Numbered from the stretch's first letter, positions 38,142 through 52,594 are shown. The stretch is 64,000 bases of DNA from Eledone cirrhosa (GCA_964016885.1 OZ024743.1:153574001-153638000), one strand, 5' to 3'. Notes: a model not told the origin generated them from the sequence alone. Translations and numbers: made by a program.

Positions 38142-39436
38142 GTTTCTTTTATTTGCCACCAGGGCATCAAAAGTGGGACAAGTACAAAGGGGGCAGTTTA
38201 CACAAAAAGGCGTCCTCAATAAGGAGGAGGCAATAACAAAATATAAAAATAAAATAAAATATAACAAAAAATAAAATTTATAACAAAATCCTCAATAGAG
38301 AGGGGTCGCACACACCCCCGAAAAAAGTGTGCAACCCTTTTCCTCAGGAGCACAGAGAGGGGGTGCTCCCTCGTTCCTTCCTCCTTTCCACCTACAGGCT
38401 TATGTAAAGAGAAGGCCCATTCACACGGGCCATTCTCGCCACTTTCACCCACCTTTCATAAAAACGACTGGGGTGGAGCACCTCTCTCTCCATCCTGATC
38501 CTTCTTCCGAAATGATATCGGAAGAAACGGACCAGTTGTTGGCCAGAGAGAAAGGTGCCTGACCTCAGTCCTTTCAGACGCGTCCACCATATAACCTCTT
38601 TCGCCATGGCTATTACGCACAGAAACACCGCCTCTGCTTCATCTTTGAAGGGGGGAGGCGGCTTGACCATTACAATAGACTCGGTGGTCAACCGGATCGG
38701 TCCCACCCTTGACAGCAGTTGTTCGACATAGCCCCACAGATCGGCTACGCCCGAGCAGTGTACCAATGCGTGTGCAACGGTTTCCTCGTCGCACACGCAT
38801 CTGGGACAGATCTTTTTGGCGGGGTCCCTACCCGGTCGCCCGTGTCTGTAGAGCCTTTCTCGAACGGGTAAAGCCCCTCGGTAGCACTGCCAGGCCAGGG
38901 ACTTCTGGAAGTTGTCCATAGGTCCCGGGCTGAATGTCCTACCGAACAGGCTGGCCAGTTCGTCCTCCTCCATGTCTAGGGCTTCTCCGAGGGCGTCGTC
39001 GCACCTGCTGCGTACCCGCCCTCTATAGAATGTTGCGGTGTAGTCTCCACTGATAACCGGATCCGCCTGCCAGAGGGCGGTGAGCGCCTGGGCACACTCA
39101 GTGTGCCAGGCGCCCAGTTTTCTCGGTCTTTGCTTGACCCAGGATTGCAGCTCGGTGAGTGAGACGAGTCTGGGAAAGGTTCGTCTCACAAACGAGGCCC
39201 ACACCGGTTGACCGGTGAGGAATACGTAGAGGTGCCGTAGCCTTAATGCGTGTTTACGCATCATTAGCCACGGCATCCCCAGCCCTCCTTTCGAAGGGTG
39301 TTGACAGCAGATGGATATCCTCACCATAGGAGCCCGCCTCTTCCAAAAGAATTGGAAGAGTGCGCGCTCCATCTTGGTGAGGGTTTCCCTTGGGCAGGGC
39401 ACTACGGTCAGGCGGTAGTAGATGACGGACGCTATG
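38142..39436 (-). mobile_element. 5'-truncated L1/Tx1-clade LINE (ORF2 C-terminus with zinc knuckle, 3' UTR)
   Basis: Open frame 39436-38392 with FFWK...GGLGMP and CPRC...ETVAHALVHC...W; GC-rich; AATAAAAG end; flanked by (TA)n. Confidence 0.85.
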
Positions 39437-40157
39437 AGTAAATATATATATATATTGTTATACTTGGGGAGGATCATATTTGTGTGATAATATTGCCAGA
39501 ATTAATAACAGAACTCACTCACTGTTTGGTTGGTTTTCGCTTCTGTGTCCTTTATATCGGTTAATTTAATTTATTCGGTCCTCAATGTTACCATTGACTG
39601 ACCAACGGTCAAAAATACAGATACAATATAGACACAAACACATATATATAGTCTAACAAAGTTTCTTCGTTGCACATATGCAACATCGTCATAGGTGCTA
39701 TTATGTTTCCTCACGTTGCAATGTATTCCTACGCCATCTTTATTTAGTCTGTTTATTTATTTGTTTATTTGTTTATTTTTTTTGTCTTCTCTGCGCATGC
39801 TTTTGCGTGTGTGTATAGTGTTTTGTTTGATGTGTGTTCATGTTTGGGTGACTGTGTATTGGTTATTATATTCTATCTTAGTTTACTAGTGTGTGTTTAC
39901 ATGTGTTTGTTGTTATTGTGCTTGTGTATGTATTTATTTATTTATACTTCTCTTAGGTCAGTGTTATTTGTTTGGGTGGTGTTGTTATTCCATTCATTTT
40001 TTCTGTTTAGCATTGGCCTTCTAAGTTCTATTTCGCTGGCCTCTCTGATTTGCCTATCTGCTGGGTCATTTCTATGTTTAGATATTATTCTATGTTGTCT
40101 ATGTTACCATCGTGTTGTTGTCTGGCATGTTCGTATAACTAATATATATATATATAC

Positions 40158-40192
<35 letters not shown>

Positions 40193-40194
<2 letters not shown>

Positions 40195-40408
40195 AACGAT
40201 CGACTTTCGTCAAATCAGACCGAGGGAACAATGTTTCCGTTGGTCTTTCCAATTGCTAATACTATCTATCGGTCGCAACTCCAGGTAGAAGGAGCAACGT
40301 GAAATAAAGTGTCTTGCTCAAGGACATAACGCATCGCCTGGTCCAGGATTCGAGCTCACAACCTTACGATTGCGAATCCAATTCTCTAACCACTCAGCCA
40401 CACGCCTT
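40193..40408 (-). mobile_element. SINE with family A-like head and CORE block but a different tail
   Basis: AAGGCGTGTGGCTGAGTGGTTAGAG...CCTTGAGCAAGACACTTTATTTCAC, then an unrelated 3' part. Confidence 0.7.
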
Positions 40409-40546
40409 GTAGAATTGAATGACTTTAGATCTTAACAAATTTTTTTGATATTTCAAATGTAGCATTGACTTTTGTGTTGCTCTTTGTGACCAAGACTATC
40501 ATTCTTTTTTGTTTCCAATATATATATTAATATATATATATATATA

Positions 40547-40632
<86 letters not shown>

Positions 40633-40752
40633 TATACATATTGGAAACAAAAAAGAATGATAGTCTTGGTCACAAAGAGCTACACAAAAGTCAATGCTAC
40701 ATTTGAAATATCAAAAAAATTTGTTAAGATCTAAAATCATTCATTTCTACAA
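40407..40752. repeat. Inverted repeat (~125-bp arms) centred on (TA)n
   Basis: 40407-40530 is the reverse complement of ~40628-40752 with about four mismatches. Confidence 0.9.
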
Positions 40753-43653
40753 ACATTGCAGCAGCTATAGAAAAATGAAATTTTTAGATTTTTATCTATT
40801 AACTTAATGAACTCGGTTATATATTATATCACTTGAAAATTAACTAATGCAAGTAACTATATTCTTTTGAAATGAGATATTTGACAGAATACTGAACAAT
40901 GTGAAAGCAACAAATAATATTTTACTTAAATATGGTAATCAAAACAGCATATTTTGCTCACTAAATATTTAAGGGTCAAAGTTTAATGCAAATTAATGTC
41001 TGTTTTAAGAAAGTTTGAAAAAAATTATTGTAATGTAATTTGAGACAAAAATGATTTGATGTAGAATCTTCGATGTAATACTGTAGAATAATTAAAGCAC
41101 ATTAATCACCAAGAAGTTTTATAATCTATAAGAAGCTTCTAGAAAGTTGTTTTCTGAGTCTGATCTACAAATTAAATGAATTATATATTCAAATTTGTTT
41201 TACCTTCATTTTAACTATTTGTAACAAAGCATATTTTTCAGAGATTGTTGAAAGCATAACTAGTTAATTGGCAGTGTTCACGTTACCTTTAATTTTCCTG
41301 AGTTCTAATCATTGCAACATTCATTTTGTATCTGTACCATTAGACATTTAACTGTACTTTCAGGATTTAGAGCATTTTCTGTAATTGATGGATAGATTCA
41401 TCTGCACAAAGTAAGATTTCAGCATAGGATAGAAGAATTTGACCGAAATAAGTGGTAATTCATGATTGTATATCCTAAACTATTTATATACCAAATTGTC
41501 ATTTATCATCAATGGTCTTTACAGCAATGAAGCTTTACGTATCCTTAGAAATATCCATAAAAACAAGCAGAGAGAGTCCATAATTTCTTCAAAGAATTTA
41601 ACTTTAAAATGTTTCCCAAGTCTAATATTGAAATAATCAACTAAGATGATGTAACATTCAACTTATATAATTTACAGTTATTCTCATTTAGAAAAAAATA
41701 ATGAATGAGTTACTATGCTGGTCAAATATACATGGTAAATGATAGTGGTTTATCATAGCTATAGTATGCTGATAGATTAGTAAAATAGCTGCTGAGAAAT
41801 AATAATCAGTTTTTAAAAGAGAAATGATTAAATGATTAAATCACTATTTGTTAATAAATTTAGTGTTGGAGTAACTATCAAACAGAGTGTATTTATCAAA
41901 TGTGTATGGGGGATAGAAAAGAGGCAGTGCAGAAAGTTTATATTTATATATTGGGCGGTTAAGTTGAGTTGGAAAAAGAAGGAATGCTTTTAGATTCACT
42001 ACAACAACAGAAACCGAAAGTCTTGGGTTATGTTTAACCATAGTTGAATCTGTAAGAAAGTAGTTGTTGTGGCTTTATGTGTTGTATATATTTAAGTAGG
42101 TACTATCCACGTTTTCTTTGAACATTGACTAACATGTATCTGAGGTATAATTTAATCAACCAACCTTAGTAATAGAAAATATATGATGGTATATAGTAGT
42201 TTACAGTCATCAGCAATAAAGTAAGGAATTTATAAATTACCTATTTGGAAATAACATTGGTTTACAATATTATGAGTATTAAATCTAGTGTGTCCTATAG
42301 ACCAAAAACCTTTATAACAAATTGCTATTGGTTTAGTGTGTTTCTACAACAGAAAAAACTAAACTCCTCACCCACTTTACATATAAATGTAATATATGTC
42401 ATACCAAACTTTGCCTTATTTATATTTCTTTGAGTATTCCCGCATGGTTTTGTATCATCTTTATACCATTTTTTTGTGTGTATGAATGGTCGAATGGTCT
42501 CTGGTGGTAATACAATAAATGATTATTAGTTGCAGTATAATTGTATTGTAGAAGACTGTACCTTATTACTTCAAGGTTTATATAAATAGCAGTTAATCCC
42601 TGAAGGAATAAACATATTACTTTATACTAGAATATGAAAAGGACAATATAATTGAGAAGTGTCACATTTCTCAACCAGCAAAGTGTTGAAAATAAAACTT
42701 TCAAATGAAGAAAGTGCGCCTGCTAATATGATGATGATAATGGTGATATAATGATAATAATTGGGATATTATTAATGAAAACTGTGATTAGAATATCAAC
42801 AAAGACTATAAAAATGATATTATATACAATAAGATAAGCAATAAAAGCTAATAACATCTAAATTTCCACTATTGTCTAATATTATTGTCTAACATGTGTT
42901 TCTGTTTCCTCATGAGACCAACACAAAACTCAACATCTTGTAGTATTTTATGTTGCTTGTTTTATATCACTAATTAAACATTTATATTCATAAAATAGAA
43001 AATGACTTTCTTTTCAGTTTTAGCATTTAATTCAATAGAACTTAAAATTGTTTGTAAAGTTACCTGGTTTGTAGTTTTGGCAAAATGATGGGGGAAATCA
43101 ATAAAATATAATTTGTTTTCTTTCAAAAGGTAGAATGTTATATGAGGCTTCCAGCTTGAAGATTAATCTTATAAATTCTTACAACATTTTTCAATGCTTG
43201 TAGTTGCTCTTTATCAGAAAAATGTTTCATTTAATTTGAGTAATGCTAAATTGTTGGCACAAGTTCGTGGTTGTTGATCATATGTTGACAGTTATTGGCT
43301 TCAATATTTATCAAAGAAATAAGAAAATATTTTCTATACAGCAAGCATCTTTACAAACATTAATCCTGTCTGATTTCCTGTTGTTTTAACTGATGTTATT
43401 TCAATTTCGTTCTTGGCTTTTATGAATTATACAGACCTACTTCATACCATGTTTCTCATATTCATAAACCATTTATTAATATTTAGCATGTTTCATATCT
43501 ACATTACACAGAAATTATGAGATAGGTTTTTCTGATAATTTATGTGTAAAGCCCAGTGCTGATATTGTATAGTTTAATCCATGTTCTCTTTAACACAGTT
43601 GAATATGGTAATAATTTGGTATAATTCATGACCAATATATATTATAATCTGCA

Positions 43654-43844
43654 AGGGCGGTGGATTGGCAGTATCGGTAGAGGGTCGGACGCCATGCTTT
43701 CCAGCATAGTTACGTCCCTTTACGATCTGAGTTCAAATCCCGCCGAGGTTGACTTTGCCTTTCATCCTTACGGGGTCGATAAAATAAAGTACCAGTAATG
43801 TACTGGGTAATTTCTGGCCTTGTGCCAATAGTAGAAACAATTAT
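43654..43844 (+). mobile_element. SINE family B (~190 bp, tRNA-like head, Meta-domain-like centre), full length
   Basis: TGGCAGTATCGG and GAGTTCAAATCC boxes; GCCTTTCATCCTTACGGGGTCGATAAAAT; TSD ATTATAATCTGCA. Confidence 0.85.
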
Positions 43845-45399
43845 AATCTGCATCGATTCTTCAGCTGCATGCATATAAATCAGATATTACCAACTTACAA
43901 GAGCATTGATAAGTAATACAATTCCATTCTAAATTTGCCAATTCTTTTATCTAAACCAGACAAATATAACACAATGTTTAAGAGACAAAACAAAATAGAT
44001 GCAAGATGAATTTCCTTTCTAGGTTCAAATTCTATAAACTTGAGACATAAGTGATTGAGCTATAGATAGACATAGTACAATGCCAGTGCTGCCAGAATAA
44101 AAACTGTCAATCCATTTTGGCAATCTCACACCCTCTACAGTGTGGTCAATGGTGATTAACTTGATGTAGTCTACTTGTCTGTAAGATGAGGTATTAATTC
44201 AATTTAAAGACTCTGAGAATCCTTTCAGGCAGAACATTAATCAATCTACTAATCTATGCAAGCAAGATATAAATACCATAAATATTCCAGACACACTTCC
44301 CTTTAATGTCAAATTATGAAATCAGTTTTCATATTCGCATATCTTTGCAAAATTGTTATTACTGTTCTTCTGATTTAAAGACTGATTGGCATTGAATTTA
44401 ATACCTTGTGGTATTTAGTTACATCTCTTTATGACCTCCATTTTGAATCTTGCTGACTTTGTATTTCTTCCAAAGTTAGTAAAATATGTAGCAATCATGC
44501 ACTTACTTTAATTTCAACATAGTTTCAGATAAAGACACTTGCCAGCATTTGCTCTGTTTTGGATAAACAACAATTATTAGTAAGCAGAAGTATACAATAA
44601 TGAAAGTATAAAAAAATACTGATCAAAATAATAAACATAAAAAATAGTAAAGAGAAAAAAACGAGGGAGAATGAAAACTTAAATAATGATAAATGGGAGA
44701 ATGAAGAATGGAAGGAGCAAACTCTACACATCTGGCTGGGAAGTATATCTCAGCTGTGCCACATCGACAAGATAACAAAAGCATTTCTGCAAAGAACAGT
44801 AAAATATAACTGTTGCCTTAGCCCTTCCACCTAAAAGTGCTCCTCCTTTAAACAGGAGGACAAATTCACAATTTTCCAGTGGAAAATGTCAGTTAGCTGA
44901 CTGAGGACAGCAGGAAAAAGAAATAATTGATCAAATCATGGTATTTGATTATTTTCTGATTCTCTAAAATAAGGTCAGAATCAGAGAATGTGTGAAAGAA
45001 TTTGGCATCCCAGATTAGTAATTTATTCTTCATTGAATGGGAAAAATGTTATCCCTTTTGGATGCTATTCACCATGGTTATGACAGACAGATCCCAGTTG
45101 CAATGGAAAACTGACCACGTTGAGATTTGTTCTGAAGATGTTATTCAATGTGGCACGATGAGGCAACTGTTTTGCATGGTGTCAGTATGAGATTAGATAT
45201 ACTTGTGATTACCTTTCTGCCTCTTTGGGAGCATTGTACATATTTATAAAAAGTGAGTACCTTAGAACAGAAATAGTCACCCAGAAAGATGATTTTCTAA
45301 ACTTCTTTCAATTTAGCTTCAGGTTCATTCCTACCTTTTATTACCTCAGTTTCAGCTCAACCATCTACTACTTCAGTTTCTAAGTTTTACTACATCAAT

Positions 45400-45720
45400 A
45401 TTATGTTCAGATGTGTCTCTATACATAGGTTGAATAAGGTTTTCGTGTTCATTATTTCAAGTGTTTGTATCATGTGCTTCAGCCCCATTTTCGGCAAATG
45501 TAAGACAGTTGTAATACATGATGTCTCTGTTCTTCGTACATTTGTTAGCTTGTTTGCATCAGTATAATCACAGGTGTTGTCCACTATCATTTCTCTCTGG
45601 ATATTAAAACACAACTCAGTTTTATTGCATCCTGGTTGTTCCAATGCTGTGAAGAATGCTGTCATGACTTCTTCATATTCCTCTCTTGCCAATCTATTTT
45701 TAGTCGTTCTTTTATTGCTT
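45400..45720 (-). mobile_element. Possible N-terminal remnant of an RLE-type LINE ORF
   Basis: AREEYEEVMTAFF.A...DANKLTNVRR resembles the N-terminus I recall from invertebrate R4/Dong-like ORFs; not verified. Confidence 0.35.
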
Positions 45721-46507
45721 GTCTTAAGGAGACAGGGTTGATTTCTTGGTTCTGATTTCCCACAAGATTATTTTCAGAGAAGTTTGTTCCATTTGTAAAC
45801 TATCTTTTTCATAGTTCCTATATATCTGGAATTCTGCATTAAACCACGTTCAAGAACTTTACCTTGGCCCTCAATGTGGTGACAGATAACTCTGCTGTTA
45901 GTCAGCATAGAGTTGTGTTTCCAGCTGTCATGTTATAAGTCCTCCAAATTTGCTTGTTGATGAGTGATTCTATTACCATTTAATATTCCTTTAGTATAGT
46001 GTTGACCACTTTAATTTCCATATATGTCAACATGGATTTCTTGCATCCCAACTAGATTATCATGCCACCCAAGAAATCCAAATTCTGCAACAGTGAGTGA
46101 AGAATCAAAATGTACAAAATGTACAGAAGCAACGAAAAAGAATACTCTTGGTAGATTAAGCAAGTAATACTAAATATGTCCAAATGATGTCTATTTACCA
46201 CTTACTTTAATTAGATAGCTGTACAGTGCAGAACTTCAGGTGCTGAACATAAGACCAAAATTGTTTTCATGCAGTACAACCATGAGGTACATCATGAATT
46301 AACCCTATCAAATCCTTTAGATTGATACACATTGATCACACTCTACATGATGTATAGAGGTATAATAATAACTGTTTCAAATTTAGGCATAATGTCTGTA
46401 ATTTGGAGGGCGAGGAGAAATTATTATGGAAAGTTGAGTATATCAACTCAAGTGTTTGAATGGCACTTTATTCTATCGACTCAGATGTAAAGAGCCAAAA
46501 TACTGCT

Positions 46508-46707
46508 NNNNNNNNNNNNNNNNNNNNNNNNNNNNNNNNNNNNNNNNNNNNNNNNNNNNNNNNNNNNNNNNNNNNNNNNNNNNNNNNNNNNNNNNNNNNN
46601 NNNNNNNNNNNNNNNNNNNNNNNNNNNNNNNNNNNNNNNNNNNNNNNNNNNNNNNNNNNNNNNNNNNNNNNNNNNNNNNNNNNNNNNNNNNNNNNNNNNN
46701 NNNNNNN
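46508..46707. other. Assembly gap
   Basis: 200 consecutive N. Confidence 1.
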
Positions 46708-46991
46708 CTGGTAATATGTAAACCCAATACAATCTGTTGCATATTTGAGTCATCAATGACTAAACCAACAACCTCAGCAACCTTGCTTGGTGAAGAGTGT
46801 GATTTTTTGGACAGCCTGCAGGATGAAAAGCAAAAACCAGTCAAAGGGTAGAGGAATTCAGGAGAGTTAATGGTCAACCAATAATATGTATATATGTATA
46901 TTTATTTTTATTTATATATTTTTATATAGTTGTATATATTTTTTTTATCTTTGTGTGTGTGTTTTGTGTGTTTATATATATTTATATATAT

Positions 46992-49425
46992 AAGGCCAAA
47001 AAGCAGGCTTGGAAAGTATGGCGGGATGGGGGAAGTAGAGAAGACTATCAAGTGGCCAGGAGGGAAGCTAAGAGACAAGTGTACTTCGCAAGAAGGAAAG
47101 CAGAGGAAAGAAAGTTTCAAGCATGTTCTACAACACGAGGACCAAAAACGTGAGGTGTTCAGGATTGCTAGGCAATGTGTCAAGGAAAAACCGTGATATT
47201 GTCGGGGAGAAGTGTGTACTTAATGATGACGGTGTACTTGCCATCACCGATGCTGATAAGAAGGTAGCTTGGAAGTGTCCACTACGAAAGGCTACTAAAT
47301 GAGGAGAATAAATGGGAGAAAGAGACAGTCCTCCCCCACATCGACCCAATAGAGGGACCAGCAGTGTTAGTCCGAGGGTAGTATAATAAGTAAGGCAATC
47401 AAAGATATGAAGACGGGTAAGGCGGCTGGGCCTTCGGAAATAGTTGCTGAGATGCTGAAGGCATCTGGTACAGTGGGACACACCATGGTCACCCAGATAG
47501 TTAACCAAGTCGTACAGAATGGGGTTGTTCTGAAGGACTGGCGTAGCAGCATCATCATTAACTGTTATAAGGGTAAAGGAGATGCCATAGATAGGAGTAA
47601 CTATAGAGGCATTAAATTAATCGACCAGGTCATGAAGGTCACGGAAAAAGTAATAGCGCAACTAATCAGAGAGAGAATTGATCTAGATGAAATGCAGTTC
47701 GGGTTTGTGTCAGGCAAAAGTACCACAGACGCTCTTTTCATTGTACGACAACTACAGGAGAAGTACCTAGCTAAAAGTAAACCCCTATACTTAGCTTTTG
47801 TCGACTTGGAGAAAGCCTTCAACAGAGTCCCCCGTTCCATTATCTGGTGGGCTCTTAGAAAACTAGGTATTGACGAATGGCTTGTGAGAGTTATACAAGC
47901 CATGTATAAAGAAACAGTCAGCAAGGTTAGAATTAACAACGAATATAGTGAAGAGTTTAGCGTAAACGTTGGCGTCCATCAGGGCTCTTTTCTTAGCCCC
48001 CTACTATTTATTATTGCCCTAGAGGCTATAACAGAGGAGTTCAAGACCGGCTGCCCATGGGAACTCCTATACGCAGATGACCTAACGCTCATAGCTGAAT
48101 CAATGGCCGAGCTAGAGAAGAAATTCCAAACATGGAAGCATGGCCTAGAATCAAAAGGCCTTAAAATTAACCTGGCTAAGACTAAAGTTCTAGTTTGTAA
48201 GAAAGAAAATAAGGCGGCGGTCCCTTCAGGGAAGTGGCCATGCTCAGTGTGTAGGAAAGGCGTAGGTAGAAACTCCATTTTGTGTCCCAAATGCAAAGTA
48301 TGAGTGCATAAAAGATGTAGTGGGATCACAGGTAAGCTAACTAAGAACATAGATTTTACATGTGGCCGGTGCTCTGGTGCAATAAGTAGCAGCAAGTGCC
48401 CACAAAAATACTAGCTCTTTCAACTGCGCAGAGGGTTCTATAGAAATAGTGGACAGCTTCCGTTACCTGGGTGACAAAATCAGCAGTGGGGGAGGGTGCT
48501 CTGAAAGTACAGTAGCTAGAGTCAGAACTGGATGGAAAAGTTCAGAGAGCTTATACCACTATTAGCCGCTAAAGGGTTCTCCCTAAAAATGAAAGGCAGG
48601 TTGTATGATGCCTGCATACGAACAGCAATGTTGCATAGCAGTGAGACCTGGGCATTGTGTGCAGAGGATATATGCAGACTAGAGAGGAACGAAGCTTGCA
48701 TGCTCCGCTGGATGTGTAATAGTAATATACGTGAACGGCAAAGCAAAAACGAACTAAGGAAAAAATTAGAAATAAGAGGGATCAGATGTTATTTACTCGA
48801 GAGAAGACTACGTTGGTATGGTCATGTGATGCGCATGAAAGACGATAGCTGTATAACAAAGTGCAGGGCAATAAAGATAGACGGTAGCCATGGAGTAGGC
48901 AGACCCAGAAAAACCTGGGACGAGCTGATAAATTCCGACCTCACACACTTACACCTCTCCAAGACAATGTCACTGGACCGAGACCTTTGGCGGTACTCAG
49001 TAATAGAGAAGACCCGCCTTACCTAAATACAAAGTAAAACCTACTACAGTCAGTAGGCATCTCTAACAAAATACACCCTCGTCCCACCACCCCCACCCCA
49101 TCCACACCGCCCCTTCAATGTAAAGTTATGTTGGTGCCACAACAACCAGGTCAAAACAAATGAGATCGTGTAGGTGTCACGACAAAAAAAACACACAGTC
49201 CACGCTGTAATGTGGCCGTGTAGGCAACATGGTAAAAACCTCCCAGCCCCACACTGTAAATGTGGTTGGTGTTAGGAAGGGCAACCAGCTGTAGAAAACC
49301 CGCCAGACAGTCCTATGCGAGCAAGACAATCACTCTTGCCTCAAGTGGGAAATAGCCCCGTCCAAACCCATGCAAGCATGGAACACGGACGTTAAACGTT
49401 GATGATGATGATGATGATGATGATG
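46992..49425 (+). mobile_element. 5'-truncated RTE LINE, relatively young, with few disruptions
   Basis: RT motifs GKAAGPSEI, NYRGIKL, QFGF, FVDLEKAF, GVHQGS.LSPLLF, LLYADDL, FRYLG; C-terminal LRWYGHVMR, GRPRKTW; (GAT)n tail; starts at (TA)n. Confidence 0.92.
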
Positions 49426-49737
49426 TATATCTTTTTATATATTTAGTCTCATGGGTAAGAGAGACCCTTCAGTGTATGTTGGTAATTCACCTGAGAACTC
49501 CAAATGATAAAACAAATGTCTTTTTCTTTTTGTCTTTCTTTTAGCTGTGAAGTATAGAGTACTGAGTTGGTGTCCAGGGCAGGATAGCTTATCTTAATTT
49601 TAAGGTCTAAAAGCTCTTTTGAGTTGTTTAAAACACCCTCTAGAAATGGTGTCTGAAAAGAAAAATACTGGTGGTTGTGGCACATCATCAACATTAACAT
49701 CATTTTAAGTGAAATGGAAAAACTCTTGTATAGAAAA

Positions 49738-49929
49738 AAATTGTTTCTACGTTCGACACAAGGCCAGCAAATTATCCAGTGCATTACTGGTACTTTATTT
49801 TATTAACCCGTAAGGATGAAAGGCAAAGTTAAGCTCGGCGGAATTTGAACTCAGAATGGCAAGGGCCGTAACTCTATACGTCAAAGCATGGCGTCCGACC
49901 CTCTACCGATACTGCCAATCCACTGCCTT
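49738..49929 (-). mobile_element. SINE family B
   Basis: Matches consensus; TSD CTTGTATAGAAA(T)AAT. Confidence 0.8.
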
Positions 49930-51191
49930 CTTGTATAGAAATAATGGTGTGAATGATGCTGGAGGCAATAACATTGAAGGTGTCTTGTCCAATAGGTGTC
50001 ACATGGGTGAGCAGCATGGGCCTGGTCTGCACCCAACTACTGCCAGAAGTACTAAAAGTAGCTGTAATGAAATGCTACTTTTTTTATGAGACCTATGGGG
50101 GAAGCCTTTAAGAGTTTACAGAAAATCAATGCACAATATCTGGAAGGAGAAACAAGATTTGAAAGTGATAGAAAACGACTCTGTGACCAGATGCAGATGA
50201 TTAAAAAAAAAAACAGTTGACTAATGGAGGTTAAGTTGGAAGGCATAAGGAGATATATATCTGTAAAAAGCATAGCTAACAATGAAGATCATGAGACAGG
50301 TGAAATTGTGACAAATGAGGTGATGGAAAGGAAGCTTGAATGAGTGTCGATGATCAATAACCTAGAAAAGAATGAAAGGAATGAAAAGAATAAGGTGATC
50401 TGCTCATTCAGAACTGACATGGAGCTAAGCTAAAAGGAAAACAACATAAAACACAAAGGTTATATTACGCTTTGATCTTGTGAACATATAGACAGTGGTT
50501 TAGCTGGAAAGCCACAATGTTTTTTACTAACGTGTAGTATTTAATCACGATAGTTCTAAATCTGTAAATAATATCCTCTATGAGTATAATACATACATAT
50601 AACTCATTCCACCAGTGTATTTTGAATCTAGTAAAAATATAATCAAAGCATAAAGTCATACTAAAAATCTTTTTACACATAAGTTTCATATTCCAACATC
50701 CCATTAAACCCATATTTATTTTACACTGTGCATCATGAATTATATTTTTTTTATCTCCGTGTTTGTATTTTCCGATTCTCTAAAATATTGTTGTGAACCA
50801 AGATGGTAATATATTAAGTCTGCTAATACTTCTTCCTAATCTTATGTGCTTGATGCCTCTTATACAGACACATATTGGTTTGTTATTAAGTATTTTTAGA
50901 TATCACCTCAAGTTATGGCATGATCTGTCAAGTCAATTGATTATTACCTCTTTTCCTTTATAAAATGAGTTTTGTATCTAGTTATAAAAACAAAACAAAA
51001 CAAAAAAAAGAAAATATTATTCTGCTCTTCATTCCAGTAATCCAAATTCTTATTTTCCATTCCTTTAGAAATAATTTCAGGTTACTAACATCTAGTGATA
51101 CATGTAAACAAATGTTTGTATAAATTGAAGGAAGCATGTAAATAAATAAATTTACATTGATTGAAAATGATACATATAATTATATATCCAA

Positions 51192-51231
<40 letters not shown>

Positions 51232-52594
51232 CATACATCACATAAAAAAGTGCTTAATAGAAATACAATACAAAAGTATAAGTTACAGCACAGAGGATTA
51301 GATGGAAGTATCAGAATAAGTATGCATGTACAATAATATTTACATTTAAATAGACACCTAAACAAATATAACTGCAATGATATGTGAAGATCTATACATA
51401 CACTATGTACAAAACACCTTACATTCAAATAATTTTCAGATTTGAAAGCAGAATCTTCAAATATGTCAATGTAAAACTAGTTTATTTATGCAGGTTTTGA
51501 ACTATAAAAAATGAATTTAAATATCTAATCTGAATCTTCTATGTTTCGCATGACTTCCAGAATGCTGAATTAATAGAGGTTTTTTTTCAAGCTGTTAAGG
51601 CATTTAGTCTTTTTAAACATCTATCCATTTGGTGGAAATTATGATGGGACATTGTTGTTACAAAGCAAACTCCCTAACTATACAAACTTGGGTTCCATAT
51701 TGATGGCAGTAGAAGAATATTTATTGAGCAAAATCTATTTCTAATAATCATATAAATCTATGTACAGCAAAGCACGTGGAGTATCATACAATCAACTGTT
51801 AGATGTATGATTTGTTTCATTTCATTATCACATAATATTCAATGACTGAAAATACCTAGCTAAATAATGATCTTTAGCCTCTTGTCAACCTCGACAGAAC
51901 AGATGCATCAGCAACAGTGATCCAAGTTTTTCTGTTTTTGTACTCTTTTTTCAGAGCGGGAGGGATGAAGGTATCCTCAACCTATAAACAAGTTTCAAAT
52001 GCTTGCAATAGAATGGATTTCACTAAAAGCAACCAAGGACCAGTTGGAGGTATCAAACCAGTCAATAGATTAAGTTTACCACCCAAATAAGCCCCAGTGG
52101 GATTTGAAGTTAGAACAATAATTCTTGTGCAATGCTCAAACAATCCCACCAAACCACTATTCCTAACAGGTACTATAATATATCAATCCCTTAAGAATGG
52201 AAGACAAATTTGACTTTGAGTGGATTTGAGCCCAGGAAGCTGAGAGCTGGAATATGAGTCACACAGCCTTTTGTCCAATGCATTAAAGCCAATTTACCAC
52301 TTTTGTTACCAAGATGGTCGAGTGTGGTGATGGAAATTTGGTTGTCATCTTCTGCTGGCCTAGGAAGATCATGACAGATCTAATCTATAACTAAAAAGCA
52401 TTCCAGTTGTGACTATCTTAGATTTTTGTAAATTTAAGATTTTGTGTATTATGGACTACATTATGCAATGTGACCTTTAATTTTTAATGATGTTAAGGTT
52501 ATGATTTGAGGGTGATTTGGCTGCTATGTCTAACGGGATGAGCAATCATATAAAGAAAATCCTTATTAATTGGCATGGGGTATGTAATCAACCT

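Noticed and set aside
39640-39700. Possible minus-strand hammerhead (ATGACGA-GTTGCA/TGCAAC-GAAGAAAC-TTT-GTT)
   Set aside because: Core C missing, extra bases before GAAA and a poor stem I; at best a decayed relic.
46456-46877. ORFs spanning the N run
   Set aside because: Artefacts of the assembly gap.
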